NCBI RefSeq assembly: GCF_963921235.1
Contig: NC_086103.1
Location: 19,220,001 to 19,284,000 of the forward strand
DNA: 64,000 nucleotides
From: Mobula hypostoma
Taxonomy: Eukaryota
Direction: 5' to 3'
Shown here one piece after another: positions 34,890-46,908 of the stretch. The position numbers were made by a program, and so were the translations under genes. Position 1 is the first letter of the stretch. Every line of letters starts with the position of its first letter. A model generated the notes under the pieces. It was not told the DNA's origin. It did not search any database and saw only the letters and a list, made by a program, of their open reading frames with translations.

Positions 34890-36170
34890 TCACTAAGTGT
34901 CTTGAGCTGCATACATTTCAATGCAACAAGTATCATAGGAAAGGTAGATGAGCTCATGGCATGGATCAACATCTGGAATTATGACATTGTCACCATTAGG
35001 TGAGACTTGATTGCAGGAGGGGCAGGACTGGCAGCTTGATATTCCAGAGTTCCGTATGTTTAGACATGACAGAGCTGGAGGGATTAAAGAAAGAAGGGTA
35101 TCGTTTCTAGTCAGTGAGAATGTCACAGCAGTGCTTCATCAGGACAGACTGGAGAAGCTGACTAGTGAGGCATTATGGGTGGAACTGAGAATTTAAAAAG
35201 GTACTACCACATTAATTGGGCAATATTTCGCACCACTCAGGAGTCCAGGGGATCTCGAAGAACAAATTTCTCAGGAGATCACGGGCGATTGTAAGAAACA
35301 TAAGGTTGTTTTAGCAGGTGATTTTAACTTTCCACTTATTGACTGGGAATCCTATACTGTAATAGGACTAGATGGGATAGAGTTTATCAAATGTGTTCAG
35401 ACAAGTTGCCTTCATCAGAGCATAAAAGTCCCAATGAGTGTGTGTGAGATACTGGATCCGCTGTGAGGGAGGGCAGGTGACAGATGTTTGTGTCGGGCAA
35501 CACTTTGATTCCAGTGACCAAAATACTATTAGTTTCGAAGTAAATCTGCTTAAAGATAGGCCTGGTCCATGGGTTGAGGTTGTAAATTGTAGAAAGGCTA
35601 ATTTTGATGGTGTCATACATAATCTGGTAAGTATGGATTAGGACAGATTGTTTTCTGGCAAAGGCGTACTTGGAAGAAGGAGGCCTTCAAAAACAAAATT
35701 TTGAGGTTACAAAGCTTGTATGTGCTTTGTAAAAGGTAAAGATAACAAATGTAGGGAACCTTGGATTTCAAGAGGTATTGAGGGCCTGCTTAAAAGAGAG
35801 AAAGAAGGTGTATAGTAGGTGCAGGCAATGCAGCAACAAATGAGGCATTTATGCAGTACTAGGAATGCAAAAGTTAAGAAAGAAACCAGGAAGGCTTAAA
35901 GAAAGCATAAAGTTCCTCTAGTAGACAAGGTGAAGGAGAATCCAGAGGGATTCTACAGATACATTAAGAGCAAAATGTTTCCAAGGGATTAAATTGGTCG
36001 TCTGGAAATCCAGTTTAGTAATCCATGTGTGCAGCCAAAACAGATGGGGGTGATCTTAAAGGAATTCTTTGCATCTTGGGAGTATCTACAAAAATGAGGC
36101 AAAGTAGCATCAACTTTCTTGACCCTGTATAGGTTACAGAGGAAGAGTAGTTTACTACCCTGAGGTGGTC
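34890..36170 (+). mobile_element. CR1 endonuclease-region fragment
   Basis: YFNATSIIGKVDEL, QDWQLDIP, EALWVELR and AGDFNFP. Confidence 0.85.
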
Positions 36171-36709
36171 TCTCAATCTTCGTCAGGTCTCACCAATCAA
36201 CTATGAGGCCACAATCTTGCAAACTGTGTGACATTCACATCCTACCTATGTACATACCACTACATTTTGTCATCAATGTTTCACACATTAAGTAAAATTC
36301 AAAGCAGGAACTTTTTATAACAACAGATTGTTGTAAGTTTTATTTTTATTGCAGGCAAATACAATGTAAGCTGTTTCCAGTTTCAGAATGACATATTACT
36401 GAGGCGACGGAGAATTGAGTCTGTGTTCAGAGACTTATCATTTCTTGTTGTGATAAATGTGTTGTACCTGCACTTGCCCTCTGATGAGAAATGGATTCTG
36501 GGTGGTGAGAATGGACATGGAGAGCTTCTGTGTTGTACAATCCTATGAGTCTAATTTACAAATTAATTTCATAAACCTTCCCAAATCTTTCAGATTAGAG
36601 CTATTCATGACAGACAGTGCCATTAATTGTTACATTAGAGACATTGTCTATGTTCAGAAACACCTATGATCTATTTTTTCAATTAGATGTAGGACACAGT
36701 AAAAGGCAC

Positions 36710-36910
36710 TGTAAGCCCAATAAGCTCGTGCTCTCCAATTATATCATGTGACCAATTAACTTATTAGCCCCTACGTCATTGAATTATGGGAGGAAACCAG
36801 AGCAAACAGAGGAAACCCGCACAATCGCGGGGAGAATGTACGTACTCCTTACAGACAGCAGCAGTATTGAACCTGGTTTGCTGGCATTATAATTATGTTA
36901 CACTTACTGC
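36710..36910 (-). mobile_element. HE1/V-SINE-like element
   Basis: gggaggaaaccagagc...gaggaaacccgcac...ggggagaatgtac. Confidence 0.75.
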
Positions 36911-36934
36911 TATGACAAGCTTGGTTTTACCTTG

Positions 36935-37733
36935 TGTTATGTACCCCATAACTGGGTTGCCAAGCCAGCAGAAATGGAACGCTCGTTGGAGTCTGTGATT
37001 ACTAGGAACTAATAAAGTTTTATTAAAGAAATAAGTAATACAGTACAGTAATCTCAAGGATATAAATGTAACATTATAGCAATGATAATACACATGTATA
37101 CACAGAACTAGGGTATTAACAATCAACCAAGCTCTATCGCAGTCTAGGGGTAAAATGATCAGTCTTAAGTGAAGCAGAGTTCTGTTCAGTTTAGTGCAGT
37201 TCGAAGTAATCGCTTTTTGTTGTACCGTTGGAGAGAGCGTGAGAGAGTGAGAGATGCAGTTGGTTTCGGGCATACCTTTTGATGTCTTCTGATCCCACTG
37301 TGGTCACTGACTGTGACCCCTCTATTCCGGATACAATCGTTCTTCCACGGTGAACCCAGCACCCAGGCAAGGGCAGACACACACCTCAGTTTCCCACCGA
37401 ACGTACCTTTACATCCTGTGAGCCTCTGACTGATTCCTGCGAACTGGTCCTCCAAACTCCCACAACTTGTGGGGGCCCACTGCTCTTTCCACGGTCTTGT
37501 GGCGTGTCGTGCCTTCGCAAACCTGCCCTTTTTATCCCCCTGCTGGGGTATCACCTGTCCATGAAACTTCAAACAGTTCAGGTTCAAAGCAAACGGTCTG
37601 TCAATATCTGAATTGTGTTTCTTTCTCATTAATCTCTCTCTTCTCTCTTATTAGCATTTTGACTGTTTCTCCATTGTCTTCCGTTATCTCTCACATTAGC
37701 ATCATCCGTCCGGTAGCTCTGCTTGGCGTCACA
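36935..37733 (-). mobile_element. Solo LTR related to the 18711-23604 element
   Basis: Its reverse complement shares the LTR 3' end (ccatttctgctgg...acccagtta-ggggtac-taaca) and the GGGGGATAAAAAGGG region. Flanks are CTTG/CATG, a TSD with one mismatch. Confidence 0.8.
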
Positions 37734-37741
37734 CATGACAT

Positions 37742-38130
37742 ATAAAACCAGGGCGAACCAAAAGGGTCAGACCAGTTACACTCACAGATCTCGATTTTGC
37801 AGATGACATAGTCCTGCTCTCTGACCAGATGGAGGAAGCACAGCAGCTACTGACAAAAGTGGAAATTGAATGCAATAAAGTTGGACTTCACCTAAACACT
37901 AAAAAGACAGAGTACATGGCATTTAACTGCGACGAAGGTACTCTCAAGACCGTAGAGAATGATACCCTGGGCGCCCTCCCAAGACTATGGTCAACCCGCT
38001 CCTAGAAGACAGCAGCGTGGCCAATGTCAATGAACTGAACACACTGATGAGGGAGAGGGAGAAGTGAAGATCCGTCATTGTGCCTGATGCCGGCCCCCCA
38101 GGCCTGAGTCGACGTAGTCATAGTAGTAGA
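37742..38130 (+). mobile_element. RTE-type LINE fragment
   Basis: TLTDLDFADDIVLLS...NKVGLHLNTKKTEYM, followed by a truncated 3' end with a (TAG)n tail. Confidence 0.75.
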
Positions 38131-39119
38131 ACTATTATGCTACGATGTTACATTGAGTTATGGCCATAAAAGGGGAAAGAAATATAATGTGAATGATAAT
38201 AAAATGGGTAAATGGAAGTTGCAACTAGATCTTGGTGTCTTTGTACATGAGTTGCAGAAAGCAAGTATTCAGGAGCAGTGAGCTATTAGCATGGCAAACA
38301 GTATATTGTTGGCATTGATTACAAGAGGAATTAAATGTTCAAGCAAGAATGCTTTGCTGCAGCTGTGCAGTAGTTGATGAAACGTTATCCAGAGATTTGT
38401 GTGCAACTTTCATCTCTTTATATCGTTCTCACTGTGAAGGAAGTGAAACACATATTGTCCAAAATGACGCTGTGCTCTGCAATCTGACTGTGTTTGAGAT
38501 GCTTACAAAGATACCTCCTGGAGTTTGGAAATTTATACAGTTGCCTGGAAAGAATATTCTTGCCATGCACAGTTAACAGTACTGAGGTGAACAATGCTTG
38601 CAATATTTTCTTTGGGGAATAAAGTTTTCTTGCCAGATGCAATAAATTGAGAGTAAAATCAGAAATCAAGTTCCAAAGTTTCCAGACTGTATCAATCTGG
38701 ATTCTGGAATCGGCAGATCTCTCTGGGGAATGGACATGATGGGCCGAATAGACACCCGGTGGCTGCAATGTTCATTTAAGGATCGCAGATCAGTATCAGA
38801 TTTCGAGGTCTGAAATGTGGCATCTTCCTGTGAATCATCTGTTGCTCTTCCTCTCACTTTATCTGAATTCTCTCTGTGATGAATCAGACAAAAGAAACAT
38901 GAAATATGCTCTGGAAATGATTGATATAATTAAGTTAAAGGGAAGTGTGAATTTACAGAGTAGGGAACAGATTTCCACATGATCCAAACATCACTGGCTC
39001 AACATTAATCCGATATTGCCAACTATTAAAGACTGTAAAGAATGGACCCATTTAACACGGCAAACCAACTCTACTTCCTGAGAGAAAATAGTGTGAAGAT
39101 CTTCTTTGATTACACTTAC

Positions 39120-39215
39120 CACCATTTACTGATGAGTCTAACTCTGATGCGACATTGCTCTCCTTCTGTGGCCTCTGGCTCGTCCTCTTCTGTTACATCC
39201 CTGAGGCGTGATCTG
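39120..39215 (-). other. Candidate downstream exon of copy B (short cytoplasmic tail or 3' UTR)
   Basis: tattccAG/cAG tandem acceptor and a strong GTAAGT donor in non-repeat DNA. Phase 0 reads QITPQGCNRRGRARGHRRRAMSHQS*. Confidence 0.35.
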
Positions 39216-39394
39216 CTGGAATAGATTTTTTATTCTTTAACTGATAGAATGTACATTCAATCTTCAGTAAATTGTAATCTGTGATTCATCACATATCTGT
39301 CCCCTGATAGGACCTGACCATGTTCACATTACTCACTTCAACGAAGCAGATATGCTATATTGGAAAATGTTCAGCATTCAAAGGTTCAAGGATT

Positions 39395-42300
39395 TAAAGA
39401 TTCAAAGTACATTTATTATTAAAGTATGTATGCAATATACAACCCTCAGATTTGTCTTCCCACAGACAGCCACGAAACAAAGAAAATCATGGAACCTGTT
39501 CAAAAACAAAACATCAAAGCAGAAACATCCCCCACTCCCCCAATACACCCTGATGGTTGAGGGGTAGTAAATGCTCTTGAAGATGGTGGTGAATCCTGAC
39601 ACATTTGTACCTTCTACCTGATGGCGGTAGCGAGACGAGAGCTTGACATGGGTGGTGGGATCCCCGATGACAGATGCTGCATTCCTACTTCAGCATATCA
39701 TGTAGATGTGTTCAATGGCTGGCAGCACTTTACCGTGACATACTGGGCCGAACCCACTACTTTTTGGAGGATTTTCTGTTCAAAAGCACTGGTGTTTCCA
39801 TACCAGGCTGTGATGCAGCCAGTAAATATACTCTCAAATAAACATCTATAGACGTGTGTCAAAGTTTCAGATGTCACGCTGAATGTCCGCAAACTGCTCA
39901 AGAAGTAGAGACGCTGCCTTACCTTCTTCACAATTGCACTCACGTGCTGGGCCCAGGACATGTCATCTGAAATAGTAACACTGAGGAATTCAAAGCTGCT
40001 GACCCTCTCCAACTCTGATCCTCGGAAGAGTACTGTCTCATGGACCACTGGTTTCCCTCTCCTGAAGTCTATAATCAGTAACTTGGTATTGCGGACATTA
40101 AGTTAGGGGGTGTTGTTGTGACGCCACACAGGAAGATTTTCAATCCCCCTCCGATATGCTGATTCAGCCCACGACAGTGGTGACATCAGCAAACTTGAAT
40201 ATGTTATTGGAGCTGTGCTTAGCCACACATTCAAATTGTAAAGTGAGTAGAGCATGGGGCTAAGCACACAGCCTTGTGGTGCAACTGTGTTGATGGAGAT
40301 CATGGAGGTATTGTTGCCAATCTGAACTGATTGGGTTCGACATGTTTGAAAATCCAGAATCCAATTGCAGAAGGAGGTATTGATGCCAAGGTCTTGAACT
40401 TATTGATTAGCTTTGAGGGGATGATGGTTTTTCAAATACTGCACTGTAGTCGATAAAGAGAATCTTGATGTATGCGTCTTTGCTGTCCAGCTGTTCTAGG
40501 ATTGAGTGAAGAGCCAAGGAGATGGCATCAACTGTGGACTTCTTGCTCCGTTCGGCAAAATGGAGTGGATGCAAGTTGCCTGTTAGGCAGGAGTTGATTT
40601 GTTTCATCACCAACCTCTCAAAACTCTTCACCAGTCTGGATACAAGTGGAATTGGGCAGCACTCATTGAGGCTGATCACCACACTCTTCTTGGCACCGGT
40701 ATAATTGATGCCTGCTTGAAGCAGGTGGGAACCACACACTGCTGAAGCCAGAGATTAAAGATCACGGTGAATCCACCAGACAGCCGATCAGAACAGGAAT
40801 TTTATTTGTGGCCAGATACCTCACCCAATTCGGATGCTTTCATGGATTCATCCTCCTGAAGGATGCCCGTACTTCAATTTCAGAGACGGAGATCACTAGA
40901 TCATCAGAGTATGTTGAAGTTCAAGATGGTTTCCTCATGTTCTAACAATTAAGGAAAGCATAGATGGGATTGAGCTCATCTGGAAGCAAACCCCCCTTGA
41001 ATCCCATATTGCCTGCTTTAACTTTATAAGAGGGGATAGCATTCAAGCCCTGTTCTATCTGTTGACCATTCCTTATTGATTTAAGTTTGGTCTGGAATTT
41101 CAACTTTATCCATGGGATGGACTTCCAGAGATCATCCCTGCACCTCTTGTAGCTTTCTTGATCTCCAGACTTGTGTGCCTCTGATCCGGCCCCCAGCAGA
41201 TGGTTCATCCAGTGCTTCTGCGTTTGGAAGACTCTGAATAACTTAGTGGAAACTCACTCATCTGCAGCTATTACACCCATGGTGTGTTCATTCAGATCTC
41301 TTGATGAGTGCTTGAACACAACCCACTCCACCGAATCAAACCAATCCTGTAATTGCTCTTCTGCCTTCCATGACCAACTCTTTGTTGACCAGGTCTCCGC
41401 AGCCTCACTGTTCAGACTCAACCTGTATGCAGGTAACGAAAGGACAGCCAAGTGATCCGATTTTTCCAAAAGGTGGTCTGGGCAGGGGACACTGTTTCAA
41501 AGATTCATTTACAATTGAGGTCTTAGTGCAGAGAACTCTGAGAATCATCTTCTCCAGATAGCCACGAAACAAAGACAGCCAAAAACTTGTTCTCAAGAAA
41601 ATCATCAAACCCACTCCTCTCCACAGAAAAGAAAACACAACACGATCATCAACCCCCAAAACGACACCCTCCACGCAAAAAAATGTTACGAAACACAACA
41701 AGACACAGAGGCCTACTCTCTGAAACAGGAAGCAATCGAATCCACAGACTCCTTCTCTGGCATCAGGGAGTTCCATCCCATTGGCAATTCGAAATACAGA
41801 CAGTCGGCACAGAATCATCGCCTGCCTTCTGCATTCCCCTGGACGTTTCAATCTTCCACAACATTTTATTCAGCGAGAAGTGAACGCTTTAATCAGAGGA
41901 ATTTAACTGACTATGGGCTTGTGCCCCGTCTATCAGTTTCTTCACCATGAGGCTCATGGTCACGTCCAGTCATCTTCTACGAGAGAAACGTGCGAGATCA
42001 CTCAATCGATCTCAAAACTGTAAATCACAGGCTCTAACAGTTTCAGTAAGATATTTAAGATTAAAAGCAATTGCAAATGAGATGAAATAAATAGTTTCAT
42101 GGACTGTCTGGAAGCCGTCGAACGAGGAAGCATAATACGCTAGTGCTATCTTGACCGGATCTTGTCTTTTTGAGGAACAGTAGTTTTTCCTTAGCTTAGT
42201 ATAGCAGTGGTTTAGTGTGTTGGGACCTCTGAAGCTACAGGTATACGCTGCTGGGAATTGGGCAGGGCTTTCTTCAAACAAGCCTTGTTGATGTCAGGTT

Positions 42301-42560
42301 GGGCTATTTCTTGTTTGTAGATGACATCATGCAGTGTCTCGGGCACTTGATTATAGGTGGCTGCTGGTGGTATATACACTTTGGTCAGGATTACACAGGA
42401 GAACTCCAGAGGTAAATAGAATGAACAGTGACCGCCAGGTGTTCCAAGTCGGGTGGGGACATGAGTTTGACAGAAACAACACTTCAGAACAGCAGCGAGA
42501 ATTAGCCATAAAACACACGCCTCCTCCTTTTGCATTCCCTGAGTCAGCAGTTTGGTTCAT
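39395..42560 (-). mobile_element. Decayed Rex1/Babar-type LINE with a 0.67-kb unassigned insert
   Basis: GFTIHR...[33 protein letters not shown] and FEFLSVTISDDMSW. Confidence 0.82.
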
Positions 42561-42569
42561 TCTGTGAAT

Positions 42570-43130
42570 TGTAAATCCAGAATCCATCTGGTCTGACTGC
42601 TACAGCCGGTAGTACCAAAGGGAGATGATTGGCAGGGGAGGAGAAGAGAAGGGGTAAGAAGAGACCCAGAATGGGGAATGTAAAAAGAGAGCAGGGGTAT
42701 GGGAGAAAAGAACAGAAGTTAGATATATCAATGTTCATGCTGTCAGTTTGGAGACTCCCCAGACAGAATATGAGGTGTTAGCTCTCCACACAGAGAGTGG
42801 CCCCCTTCTGGGAGTAGCAAAGATCATGGACTGACATGTCAGAATGGGAATGGGGAGAGAAATGAAGAGAGTTTGCCATCAGGAACTCCTGTGTGTTGCA
42901 AATGGAGCAAAGGTGCTCAACAAAGCATTGGTCCATTTGGTTTGGGTCTCACTGATGTAGAGGAGGCCGTACTGGGAGCATTGGAATCAGCAGATGACCC
43001 GACTGACTTGCAGGTGAAGTATTGCCTGGAAGGACTGTTTGGGGCACTGAATGGGGGTCAGGAGAAGGTGAAGTCGGGATGGTTTGTGTCCTCAATGATG
43101 GATGCTGCTCTCTTGTGGCAGTCCTCCATA
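42570..43130 (-). mobile_element. Penelope-like fragments
   Basis: The reverse complement resembles the 3' part of 6205-6932 (acacctcatattctgtctgg...gcatgaacattga). Confidence 0.6.
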
Positions 43131-43134
43131 AGAC

Positions 43135-44220
43135 CATAGATATAAGAGCAGAAATAGGTCATTCGGCCCATCAAATGTGCTTCGCCATTCAATCATGACT
43201 GATCCAATTCTTCCAGTCATCCCAACTTCCCTGCCTTCTCCCCATACCCCTTGATGCGCTGGCTAATCAAGAACTTATCTATCTCTGCCTTAAATATACC
43301 CAATGACTTGGCCTCAACAGCCACTCGTGGCAACAAATTCCACAGATTTACCACCCTCTAACTAAAGTAATTTCTCTGCATCTCTGTTCTAAATGGACCT
43401 CATTCAATCCCGAAGTCATGTCCACTTGTCCTAGACTCCCCTAACATGGGAAATAACTTTGCCACAGCTCATCTGTTCCGGTCTTTTAACATTCAGAATG
43501 TTTCTAAGAGATCCCCCTCATTCTCCTGAACTCCAGGGAATACAGTCCAAGATCTGCCAGACATTCCTCATACAGTAACCCTTCCATTCCTGGAATCATT
43601 CTCATGAATCTTCTCTGAACCTTCTCCAATGTCAGTATATTGTTTCTAATATAAGGAGCGCGCAATACTCCAAAATGTGGTCTCACGAGTGCCGTATACA
43701 GCTTCAAAGTCACATCCCTGCTCTTATATTCTATACCTCTGGAAATGAATGCTAACATTGCATTTGCCTTCTTCAAAACCAGCTCAACCTGGAGGTTAAC
43801 CTATCAGGTATCCTGCACAAGGACTCCCAAGTCCCTTTGCATCTCTGCGTTTTGAATTCTCCTTTCATCTGAATAATAGTCTGCCTGTTTATTTTTTCCA
43901 CCAGAATGCATGATCATACATTTTAAACATTGTATTTAATTTGTCACTTCTTTGCCCATTCCCCTAAACTATCTAAGTCTCTCTGCAGGCTCTCTGTTTC
44001 CTCAACGCTACCCTCTCCTCCACCTAACTTTGTATCATCGGCAAATTTAGCCACAAATCCATTAATCCCATAGTCCAAATCATTGACATACAGCATAAAA
44101 AGAGGCGGTCCCAACACTGACCGCTCTGGAACTCACTGGTAACCAGCAACCAGCCAGAGTAGAATCCCTTTATTCCCATTCTCTGCTTTCTTCCAATCAG
44201 CCAATGCTCCACCCATGCTG
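43135..44220 (-). mobile_element. CR1 3' fragment
   Basis: KANAMLAFISRGIEYKSRDV...LVRPHF. Confidence 0.88.
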
Positions 44221-44269
44221 TTAACAAATGCATTCATTGATGATGACGGCGTTGCCTGAGATGGACTGA

Positions 44270-44575
44270 GCTGTATCTAGCAGTGTCTTTGAGACTTTTC
44301 CATTTCTGGGCATTCATATTTCCATACCAGGCTGTGATGCAAACTGTCAGGATACTTTCACCATACAGCTATTGAGGTCTTTCAAAGTATTAGACGACAT
44401 GCTGAATTGACACAAACATTCAGGAAAAGAAGGTCACTGCCATGTTTTCATCATAATGGCACTAACATGTTGCTACTGGATCAGATCCTCTGATGTCATT
44501 GTTAATAAATTGAAAGTAACTGATCCTTTCCTCAACCAATTACCTAATGAGGACTGGCTTGTTGGTCTCCTGCAG
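44270..44575 (-). mobile_element. Old Rex1-type fragment
   Basis: The translation KPVLIR*LVEERISYFQFIN resembles HTPVLINGSEVERVSSFKFL-type RT sequence in the other copies. Confidence 0.55.
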
Positions 44576-44818
44576 GAACGAGGTACTGAGGTAGATGATC
44601 ATCGTGATTGCTTTGAAGGGTGCAACAGGCCAGAAGGGCCAATGAAACAGCTATAGCAGTTGTTTCCTGTAATCTGACGGGAGCCAGGAGCAATGACAGT
44701 AAGACTACAAAGTTCCAAGTAAATTTATTAACCAAGTATGTTTATAGTATGTCATCATATACTACGCAAGATTCATTTTCTTGCAGGTATACACAGCAAC
44801 ATAAAGAAAAAATCTTAC

Positions 44819-44922
44819 TCTGTTTTTCCTCATCAAACTGTAGACGAGTCCAAGACCAACAGCCAGTTTAACAAACAGGTATCCAGCAATTGTGGTGATC
44901 CAACTGTCCGGAAGTGATCTCA
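44819..44922 (-). CDS. IgSF receptor copy B, transmembrane exon with intramembrane Lys
   Basis: Acceptor tttgtcctttacAG, donor GTAAGA, 104 nt, phase 1-0, in frame after D4: (V)RSLPDSWITTIAGYLFVKLAVGLGLVYSLMRKNR. A hydrophobic span is followed by a basic stop-transfer sequence. Confidence 0.78.
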
Positions 44923-45329
44923 CTGTAAAGGACAAAGTTGACATTCTACATCACATTTAATGCCCAAGTATTTCTGTCAGACATTCAGTAGAAGAAGTGA
45001 CTGTGAAAACAATCTACAATAAAATAATGACAAACATTCGTGGTCCGACACTTCCATTGAGAATTATTTTTAATTATTTATGATTTTGTGTTTTACGATT
45101 TTCTTCTGATGTTCATGGACACAGCAAATGTGACAAGATCAAGATGAATGGAAGAAACAGACTCCTGTTTATAATAATATTGATCATTTTCAAAGTGTAT
45201 TCTACTCTTGAAGTTTCAATGCAAATATCAACACAAATATTTGGACTGTTTAAAATAGCACAATGCTTCAAGAAGTACTGCAATTGTTTTACAGGTATTT
45301 TCACAATCCAGATTTACCGACTTCATTCC

Positions 45330-45840
45330 ACAAGTCAGGTGTGTGACAGCTATTGTGAACAGCATTGGGCCCGTTATCTCAGAGGGGATGTGCTGGCATT
45401 GAGAGGGTCCAGGGGAAGCTTACAAGAATGATCCTGGAATGAAACTTTTAATGCATGAGGAATAGGTGACATCTCTGTGCCTATTCTTGCTGGAGTTTCA
45501 AAGAATGAGAGGGGAACTCATTAAGATCTATTGAATATTGAAATAGTTAGACAGAGTGCATTTGGAGTGGATATTTCCAACATTGGGAGAGACTAGAGCC
45601 AATAAACTGAGCCTCAGAATTGAAGGGCACTTTTTCGGAACAATTTGAAGAGAAATTTATTTTGCCAGATGATGGTGAATCTGAGGATTTCATTGCCACA
45701 AGTGTCGATGGAGGTGTCAAAGTTTACGGGCAGGAAGTAGGGTGAGGGGGATTGAGAGGGATCATAAATCAGCCAAGGTCGAATGGCACTGCAGACTCAA
45801 ATAGCCAAGTGGCCCATTTCTGCTCCTATGTCTCATGGTT
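45330..45840 (+). mobile_element. Old CR1 3' fragment
   Basis: Matches the CR1 3' region and the ctgctcctatgtct tail. Confidence 0.7.
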
Positions 45841-46119
45841 TTATACACAGACTCCTTTCCTTAGACACGGGAAGGCAAACCATGCTGAGTTATAGATCTG
45901 ATCAGGAAAATTCCGATTTTCTGCAAATGTTCTAAAACCCTCTATACCCTGCCTTTCACGTGTCTGTCGGGTTGCCTCTTCAACAATGCGACAGTTTCTG
46001 CTGCTACCAAATCTCCATCAGCGGATTCCAGGCGCATTCCTCCGTGTCCATGAACTTTCCACCCAACTCACTTTGAACTTTATTTTAACGAGTTCCACCG
46101 ACCAGCACCCCACCTATTT

Positions 46120-46717
46120 AACCCAGCCTCAATGCACAGCACCCCACCCATTTAACCCTTGTCTCGATGCACACCACTCCACCCATTTAACCCTCGTCTC
46201 GATGCACACCACTCCACCCATCTAACCCTCGTTTCGATGCATACCACCCCACCCATTTAACCCTCGTCTCGATGCACAGCACCCCACCCATTTAACCCTT
46301 GTCTCGATGCACACCACTCCACCCATTTAACCCTCGTCTCGATGCATACCACCCCACCCATTTATCCCTAGTCTCGATGCATACAACCCCACCCATTTAA
46401 CCCGATTCTCAATGCATACCACCCCACCCATTTAACCCTTGTCTCAATGCATACAACCCCACCCATTTAACCCTCGTCTCGATGCATACCACCCCACCCA
46501 TTTATCCCTAGTCTCGATGCATACCACCCCACCCATTTAACCCTTGTCTCGATGCATACCACCCCACCCATTTAACCCTTGTCTCGATGCATACAACCCC
46601 ACCCATTTAACCCTCGTCTCGATGCATACCACCCCACCCATTTATCCCTAGTCTCGATGCACAGCACCCCACCCATTTAACCCTCGTCTCGATGCACACC
46701 ACACCACCTATTTAACG
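46120..46717. repeat. 35-bp minisatellite, about 17 units, with 140-bp higher-order structure
   Basis: Unit ACCCATTTAACCCTCGTCTCGATGCATACCACCCC. The TTTATCCCTAG variant recurs at 46361, 46501 and 46641. Confidence 0.95.
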
Positions 46718-46908
46718 CAATCCCAATCTGAGGGCAGTTTTCTATGACCAATAAACCGACTAACCAATATGTCTTTGGACAGTGGATGAAAATACAGCAC
46801 TCAGGAAACCCATGTGGTCATGGGGAGCTCGTATGTACTCCTTCTTGCTGGAATTGAACTCCAACTCTGCGGCCCTGAGTGGTAATACTGTTGCACTATC
46901 TACCACAC
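46700..46908 (-). mobile_element. HE1/V-SINE-like element adjoining the 35-bp array
   Basis: gtctttggacagtgg...ggaaacccatgtggtcatggggag...ggaattgaac. Confidence 0.7.

Noticed and set aside
44544-44569. 26-nt micro-exon (ETNKPVLI) bridging phase 0 to phase 2
   Set aside because: The splice sites look good, but the sequence translates as part of a decayed Rex1 RT (PVLI...ER.S.F.F). Exonisation is possible but unsupported.
46120-46717. CRISPR-like 35-bp repeats
   Set aside because: The units are contiguous with no unique spacers, there are no cas genes, and the context is eukaryotic.
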